Positions 28,136-38,187 of a stretch of 64,000 nt of DNA are shown here, piece after piece. Numbering within the stretch: position 1 is the stretch's first letter; every line of letters begins with the position of its first letter. Location: contig QZKM01000019.1 in assembly GCA_003599485.1 (NCBI GenBank), forward strand, positions 9,806-73,805, in the 5' to 3' direction. The notes below the pieces were generated by a model. That model saw only the letters and a list, made by a program, of their open reading frames with translations. It searched no databases and was not told the DNA's origin. This DNA is from Gammaproteobacteria bacterium. GTDB taxonomy: Bacteria; Pseudomonadota; Gammaproteobacteria; SURF-13. Position numbers and translations under genes: made by a program.

Positions 28136-29386
28136 TCAGGCTCGCAGTGACAAGAAAGGCTGACCGCTGTTTCGCAGGAGCGGCTGGTTTGGAAAGGGAA
28201 TGATGTAGTGCCCGTTATAGCCGTATTGCTTCTCTAAAAAATCCATGATTTCCGAAGCAAAGTTCCAGGCAAGGATCAATACATAATGCGGGTTCAGCTT
28301 CATAGCCACGTCAGGATTTTCGATTAGAATATGAGTACCGGCGGTGTATTTTTTGTACTTGAGCGGGTTGCGGTCCGCGATCATGGGCAGCATGGTATGG
28401 TCAATACCGCAGAAATTGAGCAGCGTGGAACTGCGGGCGGACGCCCCGTATCCGATCACCGTCCCGTGTTGCCGGCAATCACGGAGCATTTCGAGCAACT
28501 CCTCGCGATGCCGGAAGGACTGTTCCGCAAACGTCTCCCAGGATTTACGCTCGTTCGTGCCTGAGCGGTTCTCGCGGTCCCGGTACTCCTGCACAACCGG
28601 TTCCTCGCTACGCTCGCCCTTCGAGGCATAGACAACAATCGAACCGCCGCTGATGGGGCTGGTGGTAATGTCGAACACCAAGAAACCGTAGCCGTTGAGC
28701 AGCCGCTCCAGACTGCGCAGCGTAAAGTAGCACAGATGCTCGTGGTATATCGAGTCATAGTGCAATTCCTCAAGAATGATTTTGGAATAGTGTACTTCGA
28801 TCGCGAGTATCCCATCGTCCCGCAGACAGGTCTTCAGTCCGTTGACGAACTCATGGGTATTGGCTACGTGCGGCAGGACGTTGCGCGCAAAGATGATGTG
28901 CGCTGGTCCGTGATCTTTGCGGATGGATTCCGCGGTTTCGTTGCCCCAAAAGGCGCACACACTGGGGATACCGTTGCTAACAGCCATCCGGACGATATTC
29001 TGCGCCGGGTCAACACCCAGCACACGGTAACCCGCGTCCCGGAACGGAGCGAGGAACGTGCCATCGTTACTTGCGATCTCCAGAACATAACCGTCGCGCT
29101 CTGGACACCGTCGCGCCAGTTCGGCCTGGAAACGTCTGGCATACTCCTGGGCAGTGTTTGAAGTGCCAGTCACCCATACGTAACTCGAAAACAGTTCTTT
29201 CGGGTCGGCCGTATGATCAAGCTGCACCAACCTGCAGGACGAGCACCATCTCAAGGAGAGTGGATAAAACACTTCGGGCTCATCCGGCCTCGGCAACAGG
29301 GAATTCGCGAGGGGCTGCCGCCCCAGATCAAAGAACGAGACAATATCCGGGCTGCGGCATACTCGACAAGCAGTAATCTGTTCCAT
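28136..29386 (-). CDS. NDP-hexose C-methyltransferase family (Zn-binding N-terminus, C-methyltransferase C-terminal domain)
   Basis: CRVC...CSSC, LEIASNDGTFL, ARNVLPHV, YDSIYHEHLCYF, GYGASARSSTLLN, ILAWNF. Confidence 0.88.
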   Translation of the reverse strand: MEQITACRVCRSPDIVSFFDLGRQPLANSLLPRPDEPEVFYPLSLRWCSSCRLVQLDHTADPKELFSSYVWVTGTSNTAQEYARRFQAELARRCPERDGYVLEIASNDGTFLAPFRDAGYRVLGVDPAQNIVRMAVSNGIPSVCAFWGNETAESIRKDHGPAHIIFARNVLPHVANTHEFVNGLKTCLRDDGILAIEVHYSKIILEELHYDSIYHEHLCYFTLRSLERLLNGYGFLVFDITTSPISGGSIVVYASKGERSEEPVVQEYRDRENRSGTNERKSWETFAEQSFRHREELLEMLRDCRQHGTVIGYGASARSSTLLNFCGIDHTMLPMIADRNPLKYKKYTAGTHILIENPDVAMKLNPHYVLILAWNFASEIMDFLEKQYGYNGHYIIPFPNQPLLRNSGQPFLSLRA

Positions 29387-29476
29387 AAACGACTTGTTAC
29401 CTTTTTGCTCTATTTAAAAACCGGTTCAGGCAATCCCTGACACTGCAGGGCGTGGGACATGCGCCAAGGCCGCCAA

Positions 29477-30646
29477 TCACTCCGGACGCAGCGTGCGGAG
29501 AAAATGTACCAGGCAGTCACCGTACTGGTCCCAACCAAGCGCCTTCTGCGCCTTGGCGCACGCAGCATCAGCCATTGCCATACGTTGCGTGGAATTTGTG
29601 TAGAGGAAAAACAGGCGATTCTTCAACGCTTCAACATTCCGGATGGGGACGACATATCCATCAACACCCTCCGTGACGATATCGGCAGCGCCAACATTGC
29701 GTGACACGATCACCGGCAACCCGCAGGCCATGGCCTGCGGGACTACCAGACCAAAGCCATCGGCAAGCGATGGCAGCACAAGGACCGATCCCCGGGTGTA
29801 GATTTGGCGCAACTCGCCTTGCTGAAACGTGCCCAGAAATCGCACTTTTTCTGATTTGTATTTTTCGATCAGCCGCCCGAACGATGGGCTGGGCATGGAG
29901 CCGATCAGCCACAACTCGGCATTATCCAGCTTCAGTTCGCTAAATGCCTGAAGCAGATAATGTATGCCTTTCCGCAGACTGATATTGCCGCAGTAAATAA
30001 TACGGAAGCAGCCGTTTTGCTCGCTGTTTAGCGGAGAAAATTGCGACAGGTCCACACCGCAAGGATTGACGAAGATCTTTGCGCCATCAATGCCTTCCTC
30101 GATGAAGCTGCGCCTGGCGGCCTCACTCAACACCATCACCCGGTCCGCTGCGCTGAACTCCTCATCTTCCTTATCAATAAGCCATTGCGGCGCTGATTCC
30201 ACTTCCAAGGGCAGGCCATGTAACTGGCATTCCTCTTCCAGCAGCCGGCGCTCGGTGCGTTGATGCAGGCTGCCGTGGTCCACAATGGTGATCTGGCCAA
30301 GCTCCTTGGCACGCTCGATGGCTTGCAGACAAAACGAAGAAAGGCCGATGAAAACATCCGAATCCGGCGGCACGTATCCGGCAAGCCTGCGCGAAAACAA
30401 ATCATGCACTCTTTCCACCACGCGGCTTTTGAAAATCGGGCTCCAGGAATCAGGTATCCATCGCGTCATCCTGCCCAACACGCCATTGGCCACGAGCGAT
30501 TCCACTTTTTCGTCAGGAACCCCCCAGCGTCGTGTCATCCATTTTGGGTAATCATTGATAAACCGGTGCAACACCCCGTGGCAGTGCAACTGGCGGGCCT
30601 GGTCGAAGATGTGGAACCGCCCGCTGCACGACGTAGTAACTTTCAT
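29477..30646 (-). CDS. GT4 glycosyltransferase
   Basis: GNISLRKG, PSLADGFGLVVPQAMACGLPVI. Confidence 0.9.
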   Translation of the reverse strand: MKVTTSCSGRFHIFDQARQLHCHGVLHRFINDYPKWMTRRWGVPDEKVESLVANGVLGRMTRWIPDSWSPIFKSRVVERVHDLFSRRLAGYVPPDSDVFIGLSSFCLQAIERAKELGQITIVDHGSLHQRTERRLLEEECQLHGLPLEVESAPQWLIDKEDEEFSAADRVMVLSEAARRSFIEEGIDGAKIFVNPCGVDLSQFSPLNSEQNGCFRIIYCGNISLRKGIHYLLQAFSELKLDNAELWLIGSMPSPSFGRLIEKYKSEKVRFLGTFQQGELRQIYTRGSVLVLPSLADGFGLVVPQAMACGLPVIVSRNVGAADIVTEGVDGYVVPIRNVEALKNRLFFLYTNSTQRMAMADAACAKAQKALGWDQYGDCLVHFLRTLRPE

Positions 30647-31572
30647 GCGCTACAGACCTGTAAGCGCTTTTCCGCCCGCCTGATCTCGAAGATGGACTCC
30701 CATTCGCCTGCGTGAAAGGCGATCTGCTCGATCAGCCACGCCCAGAGAAATGGCACGAGATCGCGGACACCCTTTTCTGAGTGTTGGGTCGCTCTCCAGG
30801 AAACATAAATCGCAGGCGCCGCCAGGCCAACATAAGCCAGCGTCTTGGCGACGCGCAGCAGGGCCCAGGCGACGATCATCCCTATCGGCCATTTCTGCAG
30901 GAAACGCCGTATCTGCGGGCTACCCTGCCCGCGTCCCTTGCGAATCTGCCAGTACTCGGAGAAGGACGCTGGCGCGATATGATCTACGGTGATAGTGAAA
31001 TCAATCTTCTTTTTCGCGCCTAGATTTTTCAGATTGGCGCCGAAGAAACCATCCTCGCCGGCGCAGATCGGAACTGCGAAGCCGGTGGGAAACAAGCCGG
31101 CGCGGATGGCAAGCTCGCGGCGACAGGAAAATCCCTCGGTCCACTCCATCCATGATGGATCGCCGCTCTGGACCGCCGCCGACATGGCATTAACATAGCG
31201 GGCGTACAGGTCTTCGGTGTTGGCGATCTTCGAGTTGACCAGCACGTAGTCGTAGCCCTGCTCGTAGTGTGGCGCCAAGCGGCGCAAAAAATCCACGCGC
31301 GGGCGAACATCGGCATTAAGGATCACCATCACCTCTCCTTGCGCCTCGATCACGCCGATGTTGCGCGCACCACAGCGCCCTTCGCGCCGGGCCGGCCGCA
31401 CCAGCCGCACATCCTTGTTGACGTAACGCCGGACAATTTCAGGTGTCGCATCCGTCGAGTCGTCCACTACGATGATTTCCCTGTCAGGGTAATCCAGCGC
31501 CACCAAGGCATCCAGCGTACCGGCGATGTCGTTTTCCTCGTTGTAGGTTGGAACGACAATGCTGAACTTCAT
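30643..31572 (-). CDS. GT2 glycosyltransferase
   Basis: VVPTYNEE, VVDDSTD, ARNIG, LNAD, GEDG. Confidence 0.9.
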   Translation of the reverse strand: MKFSIVVPTYNEENDIAGTLDALVALDYPDREIIVVDDSTDATPEIVRRYVNKDVRLVRPARREGRCGARNIGVIEAQGEVMVILNADVRPRVDFLRRLAPHYEQGYDYVLVNSKIANTEDLYARYVNAMSAAVQSGDPSWMEWTEGFSCRRELAIRAGLFPTGFAVPICAGEDGFFGANLKNLGAKKKIDFTITVDHIAPASFSEYWQIRKGRGQGSPQIRRFLQKWPIGMIVAWALLRVAKTLAYVGLAAPAIYVSWRATQHSEKGVRDLVPFLWAWLIEQIAFHAGEWESIFEIRRAEKRLQVCSA

Positions 31573-32768
31573 ACGGCCTCAACAACGGAGGCAAGGGCCT
31601 GACGAAGTCCAGCGATGTCTTCGCGAAATCCCCAGCGGCCGATAATTTCAAGACTCCTCTGTCCCATGGCGCTGGTTCTTTCAGAATTTTCCAGCGCCGC
31701 CGCGAGGGCATTGCGCAGATCATCAATATCCCCCGCCTTGAAGACATAACCGTTTTCACCTGGCCTGACGAGGTCCGGCCAGCAGCCCACTTCGTCGCTG
31801 ACGATCACGGCGCGCGCGGCGTTCATCACCTCATTGATGACAAGCCCCCAAGGTTCTTGCAGCGACGGTAGGACGAAAACATCACAGAGATCATAATATC
31901 GCGGCAATTCCGTCTGGTTCTTGAAGCCGAGGAACCGTATCGAACCCCATCCGGTCTGGGCAGCGCGTGCCTCGAGTTGAGGCCGCAACTCGCCATCGCC
32001 GATGAAGAGCAGATAAGGATGCGGTTCCCGCTGACCATCAGGGGACAACCTCAGGTAGGCCTCAAGAAGGTCGCCGGGGCATTTCCGATCTGTCATCTTG
32101 CTGGCGTACAGAATCACCGGGCGCCCGGGCTCGATACCGAGCGATGTCCGCAGCGCCCCCTGGCTCGCGCCCGCGTCAGCGGCTCGCTCGCGAAAAAAGG
32201 TGTCGTCCACGGCATAAGGCACAGGGAACAGTCTCTGCGGTGGGACACCATAATGCCGGTAATATTCCCGGTTGCGGGTACCGATTGTCAAAAACCCGTC
32301 CACGTTCGCCGCAAGATAACGCATCATGCCCCGTCGAATCATCTGTTTCACGCCCTGCGCCTTGAGATGTAACCCCGACTCGCCGCGCATCAGCACCTTG
32401 ATGCCGCTCTTTTTGGCGCTGGCAACGGCCTGAAGATGGCTCCAGTGGGCCCACCCATGTATCCACAGCGCACCAAACCGGCCCTCTACCAAGCGCAGCG
32501 CCAAACCGTAGTTGAGCGGCCGCCAGAATGAGAGTTGGTCCGTTCCGCCCACTGCCGGCAGGAATTCGTGGCGGTAGCCATCGAGCAGCGGCACATCCCA
32601 TCGCACCGGCGCACCAAAACCCTTGTCATGATATTCCCGCGCTGACAGGTCGCTGCAGAAGAAAACGGTGAGATCAATGTCCGGTTCGGCGCTGATCAGG
32701 CGCAATAACGGCGCCTGATACTGAATCGGATGACTCACCAGATAAGCGAGCCGCCATTTTTTCCTCAT
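31569..32768 (-). CDS. GT4 glycosyltransferase
   Basis: HPIQYQAP, PSLQEPWGLVINEVM. Confidence 0.9.
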   Translation of the reverse strand: MRKKWRLAYLVSHPIQYQAPLLRLISAEPDIDLTVFFCSDLSAREYHDKGFGAPVRWDVPLLDGYRHEFLPAVGGTDQLSFWRPLNYGLALRLVEGRFGALWIHGWAHWSHLQAVASAKKSGIKVLMRGESGLHLKAQGVKQMIRRGMMRYLAANVDGFLTIGTRNREYYRHYGVPPQRLFPVPYAVDDTFFRERAADAGASQGALRTSLGIEPGRPVILYASKMTDRKCPGDLLEAYLRLSPDGQREPHPYLLFIGDGELRPQLEARAAQTGWGSIRFLGFKNQTELPRYYDLCDVFVLPSLQEPWGLVINEVMNAARAVIVSDEVGCWPDLVRPGENGYVFKAGDIDDLRNALAAALENSERTSAMGQRSLEIIGRWGFREDIAGLRQALASVVEAV

Positions 32769-33733
32769 AATGGCGCGGCGAGATTACGCTCTGCCTCCGC
32801 CATCAAGCGCACCACGTCGTGCATCCTGTGGCGCGCCTGCCAACCCATTCTGGTGCGCGCCTTGGCGGGATTCCCGCGTCCCGTGGCCAGGTCCGCAGGA
32901 CGTAGAAGTTCGGAGTCGAGAACTACATGATCGCGCCAGTTGAGATGGACGGCAGAGAACGCCGATTCGACAAATTCCTCGAGGCTGTGGCTTTCGCCGG
33001 TAGCGATGACGTAGTCCTCCGGCTTGTCCTGCTGCAACATGAGCCACATAGCCTCGACATACTCCGGCGCCCAGCCCCAGTCGCGCCGGATAGACATGTT
33101 GCCGAGATGCAGTTTTTCCTTGCTGCCTCCGGCGATCCGACAGGCGGCGGCAACGATCTTTTTAGTAACGAAGCGCTCCGGCCGCAGCGGTGATTCGTGA
33201 TTGAACAGAATGCCGGAGCAGGCGTAGAGGCCATAGGCTTCGCGATAATTCGCCACTTCCCAGAAGGCTGCTGATTTAGCCACGGCATACGGACTACGGG
33301 GCCGAAATGGCATGCTCTCGTCGGCTGCCCGGCCTTCCGTGTCACCGAAACATTCGCTCGATCCGGCGTTGTAGAAACGGATGGGGCGGCTGGCGAAACG
33401 AATGGCCTCCAGGAAATTCAGCGTGCCGATGCTGATACTCTCCAGGGTCTCTACCGGCTGCTGGAAGGATAGTCCCACGGAGCTCTGTCCGGCCAGGTTG
33501 TAAATCTCATCCGGCTGAATCCTCATCAGCACTTGCAACACGCTGCGAAAGTCACTGATGGCGACCGACTCGAGGTTTATCCGGTCGCGTATGCCCAGAC
33601 GCACCAAATTATTAAACGACGACATCTGCGCATCGCGGGATGATCCATAAACAGCGTAGCCCTTGTCGAGCAGCAGGCGCGCGAGATACGCGCCGTCCTG
33701 TCCGGATACGCCACAGATCAACGCCCGTTTCAT
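32765..33733 (-). CDS. Second Gmd-like GDP-sugar 4,6-dehydratase
   Basis: [44 protein letters not shown]. Confidence 0.85.
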   Translation of the reverse strand: MKRALICGVSGQDGAYLARLLLDKGYAVYGSSRDAQMSSFNNLVRLGIRDRINLESVAISDFRSVLQVLMRIQPDEIYNLAGQSSVGLSFQQPVETLESISIGTLNFLEAIRFASRPIRFYNAGSSECFGDTEGRAADESMPFRPRSPYAVAKSAAFWEVANYREAYGLYACSGILFNHESPLRPERFVTKKIVAAACRIAGGSKEKLHLGNMSIRRDWGWAPEYVEAMWLMLQQDKPEDYVIATGESHSLEEFVESAFSAVHLNWRDHVVLDSELLRPADLATGRGNPAKARTRMGWQARHRMHDVVRLMAEAERNLAAPL

Positions 33734-33766
33734 GCGTTTCCTGTATCCAACATCTGATTCATCCGG

Positions 33767-34867
33767 TCAAGCCCGCGCTACGGACCATGTACCCTGTGAC
33801 GTCACGACATCTCGTACCGCGTGGATGGCTTCATCCACCGAAATAAGATCGAGGCATTTGTTGTCATAGGGACAGACGGTTTGCAGGCACCCCGCGCATT
33901 CAGTTTCATGGCGCAGGATCACATGACCCTCGCCATACGGCTCCCATTGCCCCGGGTAATCACGCGCGCTGAACAGCGCCACACAGGGGATGCCCACCAT
34001 GCCGGCCAGATGCATGGCGCCGGTATCGTTACCGATATAGGCCAGGCATCGTTGCAGTACCGCCGCCGAGCCATAAACGGAAAGCCGGCCTGCCAGATTG
34101 CAGGATCGTCGCCCCCATGCAACGCATAACTCATCCCCCAGCGTAACATCCTCCTTTCCACCCATCACCAAGAGATGGGTGTCCGGATATATTTCGAGCA
34201 GACGACGTCCCATCTCACGAAACCTATCCCGCGCCCAAACCTTTGCCGGCATCTTGGAGCCAGGCCCCACGGCCAATAGCTGATCGCCATCGTCCAGCGC
34301 TTTTTCACGGATCAGTTGTTGGGCGCGGAGCCGTTCCTTTTCCGGAATCGGCAGCCGGAAATTCGCCAGCTCCGCATCCATCCCGATAACGTGCAGAAGG
34401 CGCCTCCATTCCGGATCGAACCGTGGCAAAACGCCGTTCATGTTCTTTGAAGACTTGATCAGCAGGCCTCCGCCGCGGTATTCCTTTGCTCCGGCAACCC
34501 ATTTGAAGAAAAACCGGTCGCGGCGGCTCTGGCGCAAAGTCCTTTCCGGCGCCAGATTATAGATAAAATCGGGCCGGAGGGCGCGAATCCTTTTTGCGAG
34601 AGAAAACATGGTTGACAGTTTTCCCTGAAGGGTTGGCGCCGATGTGTAGAACATCACTTCATCGAACCAGCCGGTCGGCTCCAGCACATCCCATGATGAC
34701 ACATAACCCGATCCGGGCGGCTGGCGCTCGGTCAACAACACCATGCGGTGACTTGGATGGCGCTGCCGGATGGCGCGAATCGCCGGAAGCGACAGCAACG
34801 TGTCTCCGAGTTGTCCGATCCGGAAAATGAGAATAGTTCGAACCTGTCTGCTGTCTTCATTTCCCAT
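33767..34867 (-). CDS. GT9 (heptosyltransferase-family) glycosyltransferase
   Basis: IGQLGDTLL, PGSKMPAKVW, YIGNDTGAMHLA. Confidence 0.88.
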   Translation of the reverse strand: MGNEDSRQVRTILIFRIGQLGDTLLSLPAIRAIRQRHPSHRMVLLTERQPPGSGYVSSWDVLEPTGWFDEVMFYTSAPTLQGKLSTMFSLAKRIRALRPDFIYNLAPERTLRQSRRDRFFFKWVAGAKEYRGGGLLIKSSKNMNGVLPRFDPEWRRLLHVIGMDAELANFRLPIPEKERLRAQQLIREKALDDGDQLLAVGPGSKMPAKVWARDRFREMGRRLLEIYPDTHLLVMGGKEDVTLGDELCVAWGRRSCNLAGRLSVYGSAAVLQRCLAYIGNDTGAMHLAGMVGIPCVALFSARDYPGQWEPYGEGHVILRHETECAGCLQTVCPYDNKCLDLISVDEAIHAVRDVVTSQGTWSVARA

Positions 34868-34873
34868 GTTCGG

Positions 34874-36658
34874 CTACATTTCCATGACCTGTTTGGCCCA
34901 ACCGCGCAATCCTCGCTCGCCGCACTGACGACCGTTCCCCTGCGTAAGCCATTCCCGCACGGGGACAGCAAAGCCGGTCTTGCGCCGGTTCAGGATTTCC
35001 CAAGGCAGCGGCCGGCGCGGCGTGCGCGCCATATCCCGCTTACCGGGAAACGTCTCCGTCAGAAGCGGCGCGATGCGGCGGATAAGCTCGACATCCACGA
35101 AAGGCACACGGATTTCCAGAGAATGCGCCATACCGGCCCAGTCGGCGTCGCGCAGAAGCTGATTGCGCATGTACCAGTTCATTTCGAGCGCGGATACTTT
35201 CACTCGCTCGCTCATGACGCCATGCGTTGTCTGCTCGAGCTTCATCAGCGGCTTCAACTCATCCCAGCCCTCGCGCGTGATCTTGTCTCCAAGGATTTCC
35301 GGCAACTCCCACGGCATGAAAAAACCGCGCCGCAGAAGATAGGCGCCGCCGTACGTGCCACCGTATTCGAGAAGGCCGGCGTACTTGGGAGAGGTCAAGC
35401 GCTTCAGCACCGGCGCCGACACCCGCCGAAACAGCCGGCCCAGGCCCGGGGCAATATTGAACGGTGATAGCAGCTTTACCATGCGGGGAATATCCTGGAA
35501 TGAAGGATAACCGCCGAAAAGTTCATCACCCCCGATACCGGAAATGGCAACTTTCAATCCGGATTCCGCGGCGGCCTTGCTGACAAAATAGGTGTTCACG
35601 CCGTCAATCGTCGGCTGATCCATGGCCTTAAGCAGGCGCTCGCGCTCGTTCAGAAAATCTTCCCGCGACACCCAGCGCGTGTGATGCGTCGTGTGATACT
35701 GATCGGCCACCTTCACCGCGAGAATCGTTTCGTCATTTTCCGTGCTGCGGTATCCATTAAAACCCAGGGTCGCAGTATGCAACGCCATGGAACTGGATTC
35801 CGCAGCGAGTGCCGTGAGCGTCGTCGAATCAAGTCCGGCGGACAAAAACACTCCGACCGGCACATCCGCCACAAGATGATGCTGCACACTGTCGAGCAGC
35901 GCCGCACGCAGATATTCGAATCCTTCTTCACGACTGGCCGGGCACGCCGCGCGCCCAGCCGATAATGTCCTGGCGATGTTGAAGAACGGCGCCGGCTGGC
36001 GGCTGCCGACCTCACTTACCCATAGCGTAGAACCTGCCGGCAGGGCATGGATTCCCTTGTAGAGGGTGTAGGGATCGGGAACACTGCCCCACAGAAAAAA
36101 ACCCACCTGACCGGCGGGATTCGGCTGGGTATCTATCTTTTGGCTGCGAAGCAGTGCCTTGACCTGGGAGGCAAAGCGGAAGCTATTGCCATTATCAGCA
36201 TAATAGAGTGGCTTTATACCGAATGGATCGCGCGCCAATAACAGGCCCTTTTTGTTTTCATCCCAGATGGCGAAGGCATACATGCCACGCAGGGCATGTA
36301 CAAGATCGGGGCCACGGTCCGCATAAAGATTCAGCAGAACCTCGGTGTCACTTTGCGAATGGAAGCAGTAACCTTTCCTCTCCAATTCGGCACGCAGGGT
36401 TTTGTAATTATAAATCTCTCCATTAAATACTATGCGCAGTTTTCCGTCTTCCCCGGACATGGGCTGGAGCCCGGCTTCACTGAGGTCAATGATGGAGAGT
36501 CTGCGGTGCGTCATGCCCACACGCTGATTGCCGGATATCCATAAGCCTGCAGCATCGGGGCCGCGGGTAATCATTGCCTCACGGATGCGCAAGAGTTCAT
36601 CCCTGTCCAGCGGGGGAGCATCCACGTGGTATGCAAATATGCCTGCAATACCGCACAT
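34874..36658 (-). CDS. asnB: Asparagine synthase-like glutamine amidotransferase (glycan amidation, WbpS-like by context)
   Basis: MCGIAG N-terminus, RGPD, HRRLSIIDL, FNGEIYN, LSAGLDS, SGIGGDELFGGY, EIRVPF. Confidence 0.9.
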   Translation of the reverse strand: MCGIAGIFAYHVDAPPLDRDELLRIREAMITRGPDAAGLWISGNQRVGMTHRRLSIIDLSEAGLQPMSGEDGKLRIVFNGEIYNYKTLRAELERKGYCFHSQSDTEVLLNLYADRGPDLVHALRGMYAFAIWDENKKGLLLARDPFGIKPLYYADNGNSFRFASQVKALLRSQKIDTQPNPAGQVGFFLWGSVPDPYTLYKGIHALPAGSTLWVSEVGSRQPAPFFNIARTLSAGRAACPASREEGFEYLRAALLDSVQHHLVADVPVGVFLSAGLDSTTLTALAAESSSMALHTATLGFNGYRSTENDETILAVKVADQYHTTHHTRWVSREDFLNERERLLKAMDQPTIDGVNTYFVSKAAAESGLKVAISGIGGDELFGGYPSFQDIPRMVKLLSPFNIAPGLGRLFRRVSAPVLKRLTSPKYAGLLEYGGTYGGAYLLRRGFFMPWELPEILGDKITREGWDELKPLMKLEQTTHGVMSERVKVSALEMNWYMRNQLLRDADWAGMAHSLEIRVPFVDVELIRRIAPLLTETFPGKRDMARTPRRPLPWEILNRRKTGFAVPVREWLTQGNGRQCGERGLRGWAKQVMEM

Positions 36659-36706
36659 GATTTCAGTAGTCAGCTGACAATGGCAAATCCGGATAATTTA
36701 CTGCCA

Positions 36707-37232
36707 TCAAAAATTAAAGATGCCGGCCGCGACGAGTCCATCGAGCGAAACCACGGGAATCTTATAGGGGCTAACGTCGTGGATATGACCCGTGCAATCA
36801 CTGTCCCCAACCTGAAAACCGGTCATACCGTCGCGGTCGCCGACGGCAGCCTGGATCACGCTGGCGTTGCGCAACCGGTTGTGGCGGATATGTGTGAGCA
36901 GATAGGCCACATTCCCGGCAAACGGCTCCAACGCCCAAACATGGCCGGTCTCACTCACCAAGTGGGAGAATGCCAGCGTGTAAAAACCAGCGTTCGCGCC
37001 GATATCGAGCACCTTCATTCCCGGCCTGACAAAGCGCGCCAGGCTGTCTTACTTCGCGGACTCGTAAGTACCGAGCCAGCAGCCATGTGTGCCCGCACCG
37101 ACGATCCAACGCATGCCCCGGTTCAAGCCCGAACGCACGCGGACGACTCGCCCTTTCGGAATCAGCCGGAGGAGTGACCGCAGCCCCCCCGAGCAGCGTA
37201 TTCGAGGGCAGGTTTGACCAGTTGAAGGACAT
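36707..37232 (-). pseudogene. Disrupted FkbM-family methyltransferase
   Basis: ATG 37232 gives MSFNWSNLPSNTLL, then a G7 tract (37184-37190) shifts the frame relative to LRSLLRLIPKG...WIVGAGTHGCWLGTYESAK. An in-frame TAA follows at 37049-37051, then DSLARFVRPGMKVLDIGANAGFYT...; it stops at 36707 without the KIDVEG motif. Confidence 0.85.
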
Positions 37233-37236
37233 ACGG

Positions 37237-38187
37237 TCAGATAGCTGCCGCCCGGAAATACTGGATCGTCCTTGCCAGCCCCTCCTCCAGGGCAACCTTC
37301 GGCGACCAATCGAGCTTTTCCTTCGCCAGCCCTATGTCAGGGCAGCGTTGCATGGGGTCATCGCCGGGAAGCGGTTTGAAAATAATCCTCGATTTGGAGT
37401 TGGTCATCATGACCACCTTCTCCGCCAATTCGAGAATGCTGAATTCGCCTGGATTACCGAGATTAATCGGCCCGGTGAAATCGTCCGCAGTGCCCATTAA
37501 CCTTACAAACGCCTCGATCAGATCATCCACATAGCAAAACGAGCGGGTTTGCTTACCGTCACCATAAACCGTTATCGGTTCGCCCTTGAGCGCCTGGACG
37601 ATGAAGTTCGACACCACACGGCCGTCATTCGGGTGCATGCGGGGGCCGTAGGTGTTGAAGATCCTCGCTACCTTGATGCGCAGATTGTGCTGGCGGCGAT
37701 AATCGAAAAAGAGCGTCTCGGCACAACGCTTGCCTTCATCGTAGCAACTGCGCATCCCAATGGGGTTCACGTGCCCCCAGTAATCCTCGCGCTGCAGATG
37801 CACTTGAGGGTCGCCATAGACTTCGCTGGTCGAAGCTTGGAAAATCTTGGCCTTGACACGTTTCGCAAGCCCCAACATGTTGATCGCCCCGTGCACGCTG
37901 GTCTTGGTTGTCTGCACGGGGTCAAATTGGTAGTGGATGGGCGATGCCGGGCATGCGAGGTTGTATATTTCATCTACTTCCACATAAAGCGGAAAAGTCA
38001 CGTCATGCCGCAGTACCTCGAAATGAGGCTGGCCCATCAAATGGGCAATATTGTCTTTGCTCCCTGTAAAGAAATTATCCACACAAAGCACATCGTGACC
38101 ATCGGTCAAGAGGCGCTCACACAAGTGTGAGCCAAGAAATCCCGCCCCGCCGGTAACTAATACGCGTTTTCTGATCGCATTTCTCAT
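37237..38187 (-). CDS. UDP-glucuronate decarboxylase (UDP-xylose synthase family)
   Basis: [46 protein letters not shown]. Start 38187 gives an ATGA overlap. Confidence 0.92.
   Translation of the reverse strand: MRNAIRKRVLVTGGAGFLGSHLCERLLTDGHDVLCVDNFFTGSKDNIAHLMGQPHFEVLRHDVTFPLYVEVDEIYNLACPASPIHYQFDPVQTTKTSVHGAINMLGLAKRVKAKIFQASTSEVYGDPQVHLQREDYWGHVNPIGMRSCYDEGKRCAETLFFDYRRQHNLRIKVARIFNTYGPRMHPNDGRVVSNFIVQALKGEPITVYGDGKQTRSFCYVDDLIEAFVRLMGTADDFTGPINLGNPGEFSILELAEKVVMMTNSKSRIIFKPLPGDDPMQRCPDIGLAKEKLDWSPKVALEEGLARTIQYFRAAAI

Noticed and set aside
37049-37051. In-frame stop in the FkbM gene as possible recoding (Sec/Pyl or readthrough)
   Set aside because: The codon is TAA, and a frameshift and 3' truncation accompany it, so decay is the simpler explanation
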